Origin: Macrostomum hystrix | Lineage: Eukaryota; Animalia; Platyhelminthes | Direction of reading: 5' to 3' | DNA: 64,000 bases | Assembly (NCBI GenBank): GCA_950097015.1 | Contig: CATNEN010000041.1 | Span: 1,860,001 to 1,924,000 of the forward strand | Shown here: positions 1 to 14,600 of the stretch, piece by piece | Layout of the letters: each line of letters opens with the position of its first letter | Numbering within the stretch: position 1 is the first letter of the stretch | Position numbers and translations under genes: made by a program | Notes under the pieces: model-generated | What the model was told of the DNA's origin: nothing | What the model saw: only the letters and a program-made list of their open reading frames with translations | The model's database searches: none

Positions 1-479
1 TTAAGCTTGTACGTCTTGTGGAGTTAGGAAGAAACAGCTAATACTGATTAATAATAAATAAATAAATAATTAAAAAATGCTAATTAATAAATACTTTATT
101 GCAAGAGAAACACAAGCATAAAGTCAAGCTAATTTTACTAGTCTGTAGTGCATTAAATTTCGGACTTAAAATTGGTTATTTAGTAGGAAAACCGTATGAG
201 GATCAAATTGTAATGTACAAACCGTTATAACATTCGGTAGAGCAAAAATTTAGGCAAGATATATCAAATGGAACAGCTTTGTATCTGCTTCCAATCAAAA
301 GCTGTCACCTTTTAAAATCTAAAAAATGAAAAATTCCTATCTCCGTATTGTACTTTTTCGCGAAAACAGCCTTCAATTCTTTTCTAAGAAGAGTATACGT
401 AGTTTCCCGTCCTGCTACTCCTAGTGGTCCCAGGACTACTTAAAATATCTTAAGTAGTTTAATTAGTTCCTGAGTGGTC

Positions 480-985
480 ATTGGCGCCTCCTCGATGATG
501 CGGCGGAGTGTCAAGATCTGCGTCACAGTGCCGCGGTGGGCCCCGGAACCCGCTCTGTTCGTAGCGCAGATACGGGTCCAGCACATGCAGGCTGCAGGCG
601 CGTGCAAGCTGCACCCTGTTAAACAGCTTGGCGGCACAGGACAAGAGCGACATCCCTCTGTGCTCCTCCTTCCGAGTAGTGCCAGGCTTCTTCGGGATGC
701 CAACGATGTAGTAGGCTGTGGTCCACTCGCGGAGCGCGGCGCTAATTCAGGTCGCAGAAGAGCAAACGATGGTCGGAACAGACTTGCCAGGGGTTCGACC
801 GTGTCGCAGTTGGTCAGCCGGCTGCGCTCACAGTGGCAAACCAGCACGGCTGCGCTCGAGCTGCGCCAGGCGGGTCGTGGCAAAGCCGCCCGCGCGTTCC
901 GCCTCCTCCGCTTGCATCCGGCGAAGGTTGCCAGCTTCGTACGGCGGCTTGCAAAAGCGCATGTTGGCCGCGATCGTGTCCACAC
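480..985 (-). mobile_element. Degenerate non-LTR retrotransposon (LINE) reverse transcriptase fragment, frameshifted and truncated
   Basis: Minus-strand frames give EWTTAYYIVGIPKKPGTTRKEEHRGMSLLSCAAKLFNRV...VLDPYLRYEQSGFR, then HRGTVTQILTLRRIIEEA in a shifted frame. These match the N-terminal RT motifs of LINE ORF2 (IPK...RxISLLS..KLF; EQxGFR..R.T..QIL.LRR..E). The frame then stops at 440 without a YADD motif. Confidence 0.85.
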
Positions 986-2607
986 TAGGACATGTATTAT
1001 AGAATGCTTTTATTCCATTGAATACGCTTCTTGTCATCAAAACGTTTCTGATGGTGTTGTCCTGTGCTTCTTCTGCTACATAACGATTACGTAAAGTCGT
1101 TTTTTGAGAAAATGTTTTCATTTTATTGTGGGTTACCATGTCTCGCAAAACTTGATGAAAAATATTCAAAGTTTTCGTAAAAAATTTGATTGGACCATAT
1201 TTCCATGCCATAAGGTTACAACCGCTAGCGCAACATTTAATATAAGAGATTTCCCATTTTATACCAGCTCCTGTAGTGCGCGTTTGAGTATCATAGAGCA
1301 TAATTTTATAACACTGTTGATTTGTCTTGTCAATGAACATCTAAAAACACAGCGATCGCAAGTGTATTGTATTAAAGGTTTGGTGCTACAAATAGAGGCA
1401 TATGCTTCTACTACACTTTTTGGCAAAAGTACATAAAGAACGATTGTATTTCGTCAGTAATAAAACAGGCGTTGGCCTTTTTGCTTGTTGGCAGCTATAG
1501 AAACAGCTGTAAAAAATGGTTGAGTTTTTGTTTATTATGTAAAATAATAATATTTTGTTTCAACTTTGGTTATATTTTGGAATACCTGAAAGGAGAAAAA
1601 AATCTTATGTTAATATTGCCATTGGCAAACTGTAAGCTTAAATTTAAGTGTTTTTTGCAAATATTATAAAGCAAAAAATTGAAATCTATTTAATTTGCAA
1701 TAAGCTATACTCTTATAGATAAGGTGATAGGCAATCAAAAATCTTGGCAAAGTTTTTGAGTTGCCTAGCAACTTAACTAACCTAATAACGAAGTTTCTAA
1801 CCACTTATATATATATATATATAGTTATATATTACTAACTAAATATATATATATAATTACCACTATTAGGCATATAGCTAAATATATGATATAGAACAAT
1901 ATATGATATATAAAACATGTGTAAACTTGCATTCAGTAAGCTAATGGTGTTTTATGCTAGCCCAAACTTCTCTGCTAGCTATAGATCTGTAATATGTTGG
2001 CACTAATGTGATGTGGTGATTACTCTTTATAGAGCCATCTATAATGCTATTGATTAGTGTTATTACTATTACTTAATTTTATAACTGTCACCATCGAGTA
2101 ACAAGTAATATAAACATGGACCATATATTTGTTTAGGCATTTAATACATTTAATAAATGTATTTAATTTAATTTTAGCATTAATCAAAACTATTAGTATA
2201 GTTGATTGGTTCAAAAAACTATTAATGGAAAACAGGTAGTATTCTTACATGATTTGTGTGGGTTTTCTATTTGGAATGGTATTTTATCCTTCTAATCTAA
2301 ACAACTCTTATCTTGGTATACCTCAATACCATGATATTGAGTTACTAGTTTATCTGAGCACTAAATTATTAATTAACTTAGAACTAAAAATTCATTGAGA
2401 CTTAAGCAAGTCTTCATAAAAATCTAGACTTTTTAGTTTAGTGTAACCATATTTTAGTGAATTTGTAGCCTTAATACAATTCCACTATTATATTTCAGCT
2501 TCAGCTGTGCCTCAGCTGTTGCAAAAGGTTTGCAAGCTAGAATAGCTTAAACAGAAAGCGAGTTGACAAATCCATTAACAGTTTGCCAAGCTAATCCAGG
2601 AAAGGCA

Positions 2608-5600
2608 ATGTCCGAATCAGCTGATCTGGAGAGTGGAGTTGCCGGCCTGGCCATCGACTGTCAGGAATCGCCTGACCGAGTTGGCAAGTGGCTGACCAAG
2701 AATGACCGCTACAGCCACCGCTCGCCTACCGCCACAGCCAGAGCCGAGGAGGCCGGCTCTGATGACAGCGGCAGGCCGTCGAGCGTTGACACGGATGCTG
2801 CTGCCAGTCCTCGGCAGCCAGACAAGGCGCAGCAGCAACTGCAGTCCAAGAATTCCAACAACTCGGCAGTTACTGTCCACCCTGACCGGTCAGCCCGTGT
2901 CATCGTCCGCGGCGCCTCCCCCGTGCCTGGAGACGATAATGACATTGTGCACCAGTTCTTGATCCCCAACAAGCTGGGCGGCTCCATGGTGGGCACCCGG
3001 GGCCGCAACATTAACTACATCCGGGCCAAGTCAGGCGCCTCCGTGTGGATCAGCCGCAACTTCTTTGATAAGAAGACTCAGGTGGTCAATGTGCGAGGTG
3101 AGCGTGCCAGTCATGTTGTGCCAGAGTGTTATGAGAATTCCCATGTTACCCTTGGTTAAAATGTGCAAATCTGCTTGAAATTCGATGCTCTTCCCATCTC
3201 CTCTCTCGCATTTCCCATCTCCTCTCTCACATTTCTTATCTCCCCTCTCACATTTCCCATCTCCTCTCTCACGTTTCCCATCTCCTCTCTCACATTTCCC
3301 ATCTCCTCTCCGAACTCTCTCATAATAAAAATTCGCATTTTAGGTTAATACTTAGACTATTATGTACTGGGTACATTCTCCTAAAAAGGAACTTCAGCAG
3401 ATATTTCTGACCCACTTCTGTTGTCTGGGATATCTGAGACATGATTTAAATGTAGCAAGCATTTTTTTGAATTCCCAGAAAGGCAGAAAAAAATTAATTT
3501 AATCGGTCAAAGAAGATTTTCTAGGCGGTTCAGAGCAGTATTTGCCGATTGAGACAATGCCAGCCAGCTGCACCCGTCTCGCTGAAATTCGGCCCGCAGG
3601 TCCCGTAAACTGCGTGAAGATCGCCCTGCAGGTGATTAAAAAGCGCTTCCCGGAGCTGGACGTGAAGCCCATAAACACGGCTGTGCCAATACAGCGCAAC
3701 CCGGCACTGCAGCCCACCATGTGCCAGGTGAGTCTGTCTGGGACCAGTTCGGCTGGGGATTCGCGTGCCGCCGCGCGTGCGTGACTCTGAGCCGGGAGCG
3801 CCAGCAATTTCTGGCTGAGCACAAGTCTGGCTTCTTGTTTGCCCGGCTGTGTGCTCAAAACTTCTGCGAACAATTTTTCTTTTGTCAAGACAAGAAATTG
3901 CATTGAGCGGAAATGACAAGAAGGGCTTGAGACTTTGGGAAAATAAAGGCGGTGATGACGATCAGGAACAGGTTTAGGCAGCAGTAATGAACGCTAATGA
4001 TGACCGATTTCACACCCGTCAGTGGGTAATAATGATCGCTGAAACACCGGTTAAAGGGTAATAATGACCAATCAAACACCTGTTATAGGGTATAATGACC
4101 GATCAAACGCCTGTTAGAGGGTAATGATGACCAATCAAACACCTGTTAGAGGGTAATAATGACCGATCAAACACCTGTTAGAGGGTAATAATGACCGATC
4201 AAACACCTTTTAGAGGGTAATAATGACCAATCAAACACCTGTTAGAGGGTAATAATGACCGATTAAACACCGATTGGAGGGCAATAATGACCAATCAAAC
4301 ACCTGTTAGAGCGTAATAATGACCGATCAAACACCTGTTAGAGGGTAATAATGACCGATCAAACACCTGTTAAAGGATAATTATGACCAAGCAAACACCG
4401 GTTGTCGCGACCTGTTATTTGTGAGAAGTTATGATCTGAAGAGGTTTTTTGAGCGCTGCAGCTCAGCAAAATATGGGCAGAGACTAGAGGAGACATTTTG
4501 CAGATAATATTTCTTCAGTTTCTATTGCATTGACGCCTGACTCAACAGACTCAAAAGCGGCTTGTTGCCATCTGACAGGCTCTGTCCTGGCCTCGTTTAA
4601 CCTCGGCTTGTCAAGTCAAATTCAAGCGCAGTTGGGGCTAATAAATTATGACAATGATCATAATGAAGAACAAGCAAGCGAAAATTTTGTATTCAGATCT
4701 GCTACTGCCATCTGCAATGCTCTGCCATCTGACAGCCCCACACCCCCACATCTGTGCCATTGTTCCTCTGCTCCTGCGGCCTCATTGTTGCCTTTTTTCG
4801 CTTATTTTGCCTGCTGAATTGAGGGGCTTTGTCCCCCTGTGCGTCCTATGTAGCTGTTTCAATTGATTCTGTGGCTAAACCTGATTCTATGCGACCCTCT
4901 TTGGCAATGATCAGCTGCACAGCGAACAGTTACTATTACATTATCTTCCCCTATCTCCTCTTCCCTCTGCTCTCCTATCTCCTCTCTCATATCCTATCTC
5001 CCCTCTCATCTCCTATCTCCCCTCTCATCTCCTATCTCCCCTCTCATCTCCTATCTCCCCACTCATCTCCTATCTCCTCTCTCATCTCCTATCTCCCCTC
5101 TCATCTCCTATCTCCCCACTCATCTCCTATCTCCCCACTCATCTCCTATCTCCCCACTCATCTCCTATCTCCTCTCTCATCTCCTATCTCCCCACTCATC
5201 TCCTATCTCCTCTCTCATCTCCTATCTCCCCACTCATCTCCTATCTCCCCACTCATCTCCTATCTCCCCACTCATCTCCTATCTCCCCACTCATCTCCTA
5301 TCTCCTCTCTCATCTCCTATCTCCCCACTCATCTCCTATCTCCCCACTCATCTCCTATCTCCCCTCTCATCTCCTATCTCCCCTCTCATCTCCTATCTCC
5401 CCTCTCATCTCCTATCTCCCCACTCATCTCCTATCTCCCCTCTCATCTCCTATCTCCCCACTCATCTCCTATCTCCCCACTCATCTCCTATCTCCCCACT
5501 CATCTCCTATCTCCCCACTCATCTCCTATCTCCCCACTCATCTCCTATCTCCCCACTCATCTCCTATCTCCTCTCTCATCTCCTATCTCCCCACTCATCT

Positions 5601-8600
5601 CCTATCTCCCCACTCATCTCCTATCTCCCCACTCATCTCCTATCTCCCCACTCATCTCCTATCTCCCCACTCATCTCCTATCTCCCCACTCATCTCCTAT
5701 CTCCTCTCTCATCTCCTATCTCCCCACTCATCTCCTATCTCCCCACTCATCTCCTATCTCCCCTCTCATCTCCTATCTCCCCTCTCATCTCCTATCTCCC
5801 CTCTCATCTCCTATCTCCCCACTCATCTCCTATCTCCCCTCTCATCTCCTATCTCCCCACTCATCTCCTATCTCCCCACTCATCTCCTATCTCCCCACTC
5901 ATCTCCTATCTCCCCACTCATCTCCTATCTCCCCACTCATCTCCTATCTCCTCTCTCATCTCCTATCTCCCCACTCATCTCCTATCTCCCCTCTCATCTC
6001 CTATCTCCCCTCTCATCTCCTATCTCCCCTCTCATCTCCTATCTCCCCTCTCATCTCCTATCTCCCCTCTCATCTCCTATCTACCCTCTCATCTCCCACC
6101 CTTCTCTCGTCGTCTGCAATTTCGGTTGCAGCAGTTCTGCACGTGTCCCAGCCCCCCAATCCCCAATGCTCTCTAGTAAAAGACACGCTACAGTTTAGGT
6201 CAAGTGAACTTGGCGCTCATAATAATAAACATAAAAAAGTCAATCTAAAAATAGCTTCACAGAGAACTAGAGTAATGCTCAGTGACCAGTTGAAATGATC
6301 ACGTGTTCTGCGTTGTTTGAGCGGTGCCCGATTGCATTCTCCAATATCTTATCAATCATTGTCTGGCCCTCACCCCACCGCGGCCGCCCGCCCTCTGTCC
6401 ATGGGGCCCTTTACTCTCCCTGTATTCAGCTAATCTGCCAGTCTGCTATCAGTTTCGCTTGTTGTTTTTTTGCTGCAGTTTCTGCTGGGGGTCATGTGAC
6501 TGACTCTCTTGCTTGTTTTTTGTAACTACAACTCGTCCCGTCCCTTTCTTACAGCCGGCCCCTCGATTTAACGACTGTCTTCTTTATTACTGTCTCTCCT
6601 GACCCATTGTTCTTCTGGTAGCAGCAGTCAAGGTCTTTGTTTTAGCCAGCCCTGCGCTTTTAGTTTCTGTGCAACGACCCCTCACAGCAGCAAGTTTCTC
6701 TTTCACTTCTAGCCTGAGATTCGCCGAGATCTCTCAGCCAATCCAGGCCTTGTATAGATGAGGCAGGGCAGATAGATAAGGCAGGGTAGATAGATGAGGC
6801 AGGGCAGATAGATGAGGCAGGGTAGATAGATGAGGCAGGGCAGATAGATCAGGCAGGGTAGATAGATGACGCAGGGTAGATAGATGAGGCAGGGCAGATA
6901 GATGAGGCAGGGCAGATAGATGAGGCAGGGCAGATAGATGATGCAGGGCAGATAGATGAGGCAGGGTAGATAGATGAGGCAGGGCAGATAGATGAGGCAG
7001 GGCAGATAGATGAGGCAGGACAGATAGATCAGGCAGGGTAGATAGATGAGGCAGGACAGATAGATCAGGCAGGGTAGATAGATGAGGCAGGGCAGATAGA
7101 TGAGGCAGGACAGATAGATCAGGCAGGGTAGATAGATAAGGCAGGGTAGATAGATGAGGCAGGGCAGATAGATCAGGCAGGGCAGATAGATGAGGCAGGG
7201 AAGATAGATGAGGCAGGGCAGATAGATCAGGCAGGGCAGATAGATAAGGCAGGGTAGATAGATGAGGCAGGGCAGATAGATCAGGCAGGGCAGATAGATG
7301 AGGCAGGGAAGATAGATGATGCAGGGCAGATAGATGAGGCAGGGTAGATAGATGGGGCAGGGCAGATAGATGGGGCAGGGCAGATAGATGAGGCAGGGTA
7401 GATAGATGAGGCAGGGCAGATAGATCAGGCAGGGCAGATAGATAAGGCAGGGTAGATAGATGAGGCAGGGCAGATAGATCAGGCAGGGCAGATAGATGAG
7501 GCAGGGCAGATAGATCAGGCAGGGCAGATAGATGGGGCAGGGCAGATAGATCAGGCAGGGCAGATAGATCAGGCAGGGCAGATAGATGAGGCAGGGCAGA
7601 TAGATGAGGCAGGGCAGATAGATGGGGCAGGGCAGATAGATGAGGCAGAGTAGATAAAGGCAGGGTAGGCAGAGTAGACAAGCAGAGCGGCCTGGTAACA
7701 GTCATTGTCTATTTACAAGCATTAGTGGCCTATTTTCATAGCAGAGTTTCCCGCAGAAGTAGTTCTCGCTGGCCAGTTCAGGCAGTTTTCACGGGTTATT
7801 TTTGTCATCCGTGGCGTGGGCGCGTGTTGCTTTTAAAGCTTTGCAGCTGCCGCTTCGCTGTTAGTGCCTGGGAGGATCAAAGCCGCGAGGGGTCATTTCT
7901 GATCCTAGAGGTCGCTAGAGCATTTTTAACTACGGCCTTTTGCGGAAAGCACTCGGCAAAGAAGGTTGCTGAGCAAAGCTAGGAAATGGGCGCGCTTATT
8001 TGCCAGCCGCTTGCCAAGAAATGAAACAGTCAATATTTTAATTAGTCCGCAAACTGGCCGCAGCAAGCGAAAGTTGAAACCAACCACATACCCGAAGCTC
8101 ACTGCAACTCATTGAATGCTGTCTGCACACGGAGACAGACAGACAGAGCTGAGCTCAAACACTTCTAGCTTTGGGGTTGTATTTGTAAGCAGACAGAGCT
8201 GAGGAGGTCACACGAGTGCTTTGGGAATCGAAAAACACTTCATGACCATTATTTGTTCAAGTTAGCGAGCGGATCAGAGGGTGGAGTTTAGGCTTGAGTT
8301 ATTCAGTCTGAGCCCTGTGAGTGAGTCATCTGCCCCAGCTAGTAGAAGGAAGTTCTTGCAATTCACCGGACAGTTCTTCACAATAGACTAAATTAAAATA
8401 TTGTAGACAGGGTCTAGGCCAATATTTACAGTCATTAATTGTAGATGCATCGGATGTTGTGTACACAGCCTCATGTTGCTTTCTAGATTATCTCTGAGAT
8501 GTTTCAGAGGCCTCCATGCAGTGAGTAAATTGCATGCGTGTCTGATCTGGCTGAAACCCTGCCAGCCGTGCCCTTCTGTGCCACTTTCTGCTGAGTGGGG

Positions 8601-11600
8601 CCTGGGAAATCTTCATTTTTTCATGTCTAGTCTCAGAAGCCGAGCTGCTCATTTTGAGTGCCTGTCGTCTGTCTGGGCTGCACGGCTGCTGTCCTGCTCA
8701 GCTCTAACCTCCATTCACACCCTCACTTGACTGCAACAGACCTGCTTCCTCTGCTTCTCTTCCCTCTCCGCTGCTTCTGCTGCTCAACATGTGTCTCCGC
8801 CTCCGGGATAAGACAGTTGGAGCTGCCAGTTTGAGTAGGGGGAAAAGTGACCGGCTGTGCTCAGCCGTACGCAGGCTCAGTGCTCAAGGCGGAGGGAGGA
8901 GTCGCGGTGTGCGGGACGCCAGCTGCCCGTCAGCTGACTGAGTGTCACACCGGCGTTGGCTTTGAGTCCCATTTTGACACATTATTGAGCAGATATTGGG
9001 ACTGCCGCCTACCTGAGGACATTTTAAACGGCCAGTTTTTATTCCAGTTTTTAACCGGGGCCAGGACCGCCTGCCGAACACTCGACTGACTTTCTTCCCG
9101 ATAATTTTTTACAAATTTTTTCTAATACCTTCTCCCACTGGGACAGCGGCTGTGAGTTCACTGTGAGCACAGCTGGCTGGGGTGAGAGGTTCGCTTTCTA
9201 TTACTGTGTTTAAAAAATATTCCCCATTTTTCCATTTCCCAACGCCGGCCTTGGCCTCTATCCAGAATAGGTGTGACCTTCCAGGCGCTGTTTATTTGGC
9301 CCTCCTTTGCCCTGGATTTCGGCCGGCACCACACTCTAGCTCATGCGGCTATGAAATTACTTCGGGAACTTTTTCTTGTCATCTAAAAACCCCATGACTA
9401 GACAATCCCTAAACTTCAAAACCCCAAATTTTCGGTCTTGAAGTTCACAATCCCCAGACTTCACAATCCCCAGACTTCACAATCCCCAGACTTCACAATC
9501 ACCAGACTTCACAATCCCAGACTTCACGATCCCCAGACTTCACAATCCCTTGACTTCACAATCCCAGACTTCACGATCCCCAGACTTCACGATCCCCAGA
9601 CTTCACGATCCCCAGACTTCACAATCACCAGACTTCACAATCACCAGACTTCACAATCCCCAGACTTCACAATCCCTTGACTCCACAATCCCCAGACTTC
9701 AAAATCCCCTAGATTTCACAGTTGCTCAAAATTCAGGTGCTATAAAAAAATTACAGTCTCCAGATGTCAAATTCGGCATTTCTAATGCGGTGCAAAGTCC
9801 TGCAGCTAACACTACTAAAACTTGTCCATTTTTAGGCATGGCTCCTCCAAAAGCGAGTGCGTGGGCGGTGGCGGGGCTAATTTTGAGTGGCATTCTCCCA
9901 GCCAAATTCTCCCACACAGTGCTAGGCGGGGCCAGTCCTCAATCCATATAATTGAGTGAGTGGTGTTTGCCCTAGAGACAACTCTGCTATGCGGGCGTGT
10001 TTGAACTGCCTGCCAGGTGCTCAGGTAGAGGCAGCCGCGAGTGTGAGCCTTAGCCCGATTAGCACACGCTTATTCGGTGGCCGCCATCGGAATGCCCCAA
10101 TTGACACTGGCGGAATGAAAACTGATAAGATAGCGAAAGGCCGGCCGGCCCGCGGTCCGTTATCTGTTTGGGTCTCACCATTTTCTATCCCTGACTAGGC
10201 TGGCTTCTTATTTAGCGATATGAGGCCAAGGCCTGGTTCCTGTTTAATCATTCACATTGGCCTCTCTTTAACTGTTTGGGAGGTGCGCCTTGAAGTTCGT
10301 TGGCAATGACTCAACATTTCCAGCCATGAAGTGTGGTGTGTGCGCCTGTGTTTCTCTGGACTGTTTACTGGCAGATCTTGCGCACCTTGTGTGCTGGAGT
10401 GTGTTCTCTGATTGACTGGTCAAAACAATGACTTGCATGACCTCGCTATTGATTTGCATTGGGAAATCTCCTTGAAACCCCGCAGCTGAACCTGCCCGTT
10501 GGCGCCCTGGTGGACGTGAACGTGTGCGCCATGTGCCGCGGCACCACCCTGTTCGTGCAGCAGCCCACCCACCCCAGCTACCACCATCTGGAGAAGATGG
10601 ACTTCTCAATCCAGAAGCACTACGCTGACCAGTCCGCCGTGCCCTCGCTGCCGAGGCCCGTGAACCCCGGCGCCGTCTGCGTGGCCCCGTTCGGCTCCGC
10701 CTGGTATCGGGCCATCATCGCCGATGTGTACCCAGAGGACGACCTGGTGCTGATGAAGTACCTGGACTGGGGCGGCTATGAGAGAATGCCGGTTAGCTGT
10801 CTGAAGCAGATCCGGTAAGACCTGCGCTTTGAAATTATTGGGCTTACAGGTGGATTGTCATATCTAACAGGTGGGTTGTCATATCTAACAGGTGGATTGT
10901 CATATCTATTACCAAGTTCCACGTGAGGAACACAATGTGGATTGTCATATCTAACAGGTGGGTTGTCATATCTAACAGGTGGATTGTCATATCTAACAGG
11001 TGGATTGTCATATCTAACAGGGTGCATACCATATCTAACAGGTGGATTGTCATATCTAACAGGTGGGTTGTCATATCTAACAGGTGGATTGTCATATCTA
11101 ACAGGTGGGTTGTCATATCTAACAGGTGGATTGTCATATCTAACAGGTGGGTTGTCATATCTAACAGGTGGATTGTCATATCTAACAGGTGGGTTGTCAT
11201 ATCTAACAGGGGGATTGTAATATCTAACAGGTTGCATTTCATATCTAACAGGTTGCATTTCATATCTAACAGGGTGTGTCATATCTATCCCATTGTATCA
11301 TATCTAAAGGTATTTAATGTATTGTCTTATAGGCTTGGCATATTTTTTTCTAACATGCCAGGTGCCCTGTCCACATGATTGAGTCTCAGAGCAGTGAGCA
11401 CAGTGAAATCCTAAGGCTGAGTTTAGTTTTTTACTCAACGATGTCGCAAGCAGCTTATTTGTTACCCACCCTCTGACCGAAAAGCTTTTAATCGGATATT
11501 GCGAAGGAGCTACTTTGCGCTTCAAGCTTTGCTGAGATGTAAAGCCCCAATGGTTAGATATTGTGCTAATGCATTTGAAAATTGTACCTCGTATGCAGAC

Positions 11601-14600
11601 TCGAGACCTAGCTTAAGCTCCACTTCTCATCCTGAGCTGCTGCGGAGGCCTGCTCTGTTCTCAGGAATGCGGCTGGGCTGAGCACTCTTCTCTATTATCT
11701 AAGTAGCTGGATAAGCATTGCTACTGCAGCATATCCCACTGTTTTAAATCCCCTAATGGTTTATAAACTCGTCTATTGTGCCTCATTCTCTCCTGTGCCA
11801 TCAGCTACTGCTTGTGCAACATCTGCTACCCTGCCCCGGAACTGCTTCTGCATCGTCGTTTGATCCCTCTCCCCAATGTCTACTCTCCCCAATGTCTGCT
11901 CTCCCTAATGTCTACACTACCCAATGTCTACACTACCCAATGTCTACACTACCCAATGTCAACACTACCCAATGTCTACACTACCCAATGTCTACACTAC
12001 CCAATGTCTACACTACCCAATGTCTACACTACCCAATGTCTACACTACCCAATGTCTACACTACCCAATGTCTACACTACCCAATGTCTGCACTACCCAA
12101 TGTCTACACTACCCAATGTCTGCACTACCCAATGTCTACACTACCCAATGTCTACACTACCCAATGTCTACACTACCCAATGTCTACACTACCCAATGTC
12201 AACACTACCCAATGTCTACACTACCCAATGTCTGCACTACCCAATGTCTACACTACCCAATGTCTACACTACCCAATGTCTACACTACCCAATGTCAACA
12301 CTACCCAATGTCTACACTACCCAATGTCTACACTACCCAATGTCTGCACTACCCAATGTCTGCACTACCCAATGTCTGCACTACCCAATGTCAACACTAC
12401 CCAATGTCTGCACTACCCAATGTCTACACTACCCAATGTCAACACTACCCAATGTCTACACTACCCAATGTCTACACTACCCAATGTCTACACTACCCAA
12501 TGTCTGCACTACCCAATGTCTACACTACCCAATGTCTACACTACCCAATGTCTACACTACCCAATGTCTACACTACCCAATGTCTACACTACCCAATGTC
12601 AACACTACCCAATGTCTACACTACACAATGTCAACACTACCCAATGTCTACACTACCCAATGTCTACACTACCCAATGTCAACACTACCCAATGTCAACA
12701 CTACCCAATGTCTACACTACCCAATGTCAGACTACGCAATGTTTTTATCCCTGAAGAAATTAGGTCCGCAGAGAATAATTCTGTCACTGCATTTGATAGC
12801 AGCTACACTTACTGTCCCTAAGGCGGCACCCAAACAAAGTAACGAAGTGGCGAATTAGTAAAATCTGCTATTCTCGGATTTTCGGCCCTATTAATGGACT
12901 CGGCTGGCAACTGGTCTCAAATGTTGCGCAGAGTTTAAACCACAGTACCAGAGTCAGGGGTGATTCTTCCCATCCCGATCCCCGTTATCTGCTTTATTCC
13001 CCACTCAGCTTAAACTGTTCTTATCGGCTCACAAGTGGCGCATTTGCTGCGGTGAGAAGGCCTGCAATTGGATTGCTAGACTAGTCCCACTCGGCCTACG
13101 CTTGTTTCTGGCCTGGCTACCCTCTGACTCGTGAGTCATGCTTCTGTTCCTTAACAGATAAAATAGCCGGCCTTGCTTTAAGAAGAAGCAGCAGCAGCGG
13201 CCATAAAAATAGACTCCCCGAAGCGCTGCTGTTGTTCGCTGGGAAATAAAAGCGCCCTGAGTCCCAAGCAGCTGTTTTGCTCACTGCTCTGAAGCAAGCT
13301 CATATTTTTATGATTATGCTCCGCCGGAATTCTGGATCTATATTTAGCCACTTTGAAATGCCTGTCAGCCAGAGGTGAGGGCGCGTCTGCCGATTATCTT
13401 CGCGGCTGCTGCTGGACTGACAGCTGACACAAGAACTCGTGTTACTGTTGCTTGCCATTGCTTACACTGGCTTCCACTGACATCTTCCGGGCTGGTCTAG
13501 CTCTCCCTGCTTATCTGTCTGAGATCTGGAGCACTGCCTTCCTGTTTCTCGCCTTCCAACCACTTCCTCACTTCCTCACTCACTTCCCCTCTGCCTCACT
13601 CCTCTCCCTTTCCCTCTGCCTCACTCCTCTTAACCTTTCCCCTCTGCTCAACTCCTCTCCCCTTCCCCTCATGCCTCACTCCTCTCACCTTCCTCCCTCT
13701 GCCTACACTTCACTCTCCCTTCCCTCTGCCTCACTCCTCTCCCTTTCCCCTCTGCCTCACGCTCTCTCCGCCCTTCCCTCTGCCTCACTCCTCTCGCCTT
13801 CCTCCTGCTCCACTGCCTCTCACTTCCTCTGCCTCACTCCTCTCCCTTTCCCTCTGCCTCACTCCTCTCCCTTTCCCTCTGCCTCACTCCTCTCCCTTTC
13901 CCTCTGCCTCACTCCTCTCCCTTTCCCTCTGCCTCACTCCTCTCCCTTTCCCTCTGCCTCACTCCTCTCCCTTTCCCTCTGCCTCACTCCTCTCCCTTTC
14001 CCTCTGCCTCACTCCTCTCCCCTTCCCTCTCCTCACTCCTCTCCCTTTCCCTCTGCCTCACTCCTCTCCCTTTCCCTCTCCTCACTCCTCTCCCTTTCCC
14101 TCTGCCTCACTCCTCTCCCTTTCCCTCTGCCTCACTCCTCTCCCTTTCCCTCTGCCTCACTCCTCTCCCTTTCCCTCTGCCTCACTCCTCTCCCTTTCCC
14201 TCTGCCTCACTCCTCTCCCTTTCCCTCTGCCTCACTCCTCTCCCTTTCCCTTTGCCTCACTCCTCTCCCTTTCCCTCTGCCTCACTCCTCTCCCTTTCCC
14301 TCTGCCTCACTCCTCTCCCTTTCCCTCTGCCACTCCTCTCCCTTTCCCTTTGCCTCACTCCTCTCCCTTTCCCTCTGCCTCACTCCTCTCCCTTTCCCTT
14401 TGCCTCACTCCTCTCCCTTTCCCTCTGCCTCACTCCTCTCCCTTTCCCTCTGCCTCACTCCTCTCCCTTTCCCTCTGCCTCACTCCTCTCCCTTTCCCTC
14501 TGCCTCACTCCTCTCCCTTTCCCTCTCCTCACTCCTCTCCCTTTCCCTCTGCCTCACTCCTCTCCCTTTCCCTCTGCCTCACTCCTCTCCCTTTCCCTCT

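Noticed and set aside
3525-3599. Upstream acceptor (CTAG|GCGGTT) for AKAP1-like exon 2
   Set aside because: It is in frame, but it would insert 25 aa into the KH fold. The acceptor at 3599 gives a gap-free match to AKAP1 (VRG-PVNCVKIAL). I keep it only as a possible minor isoform.
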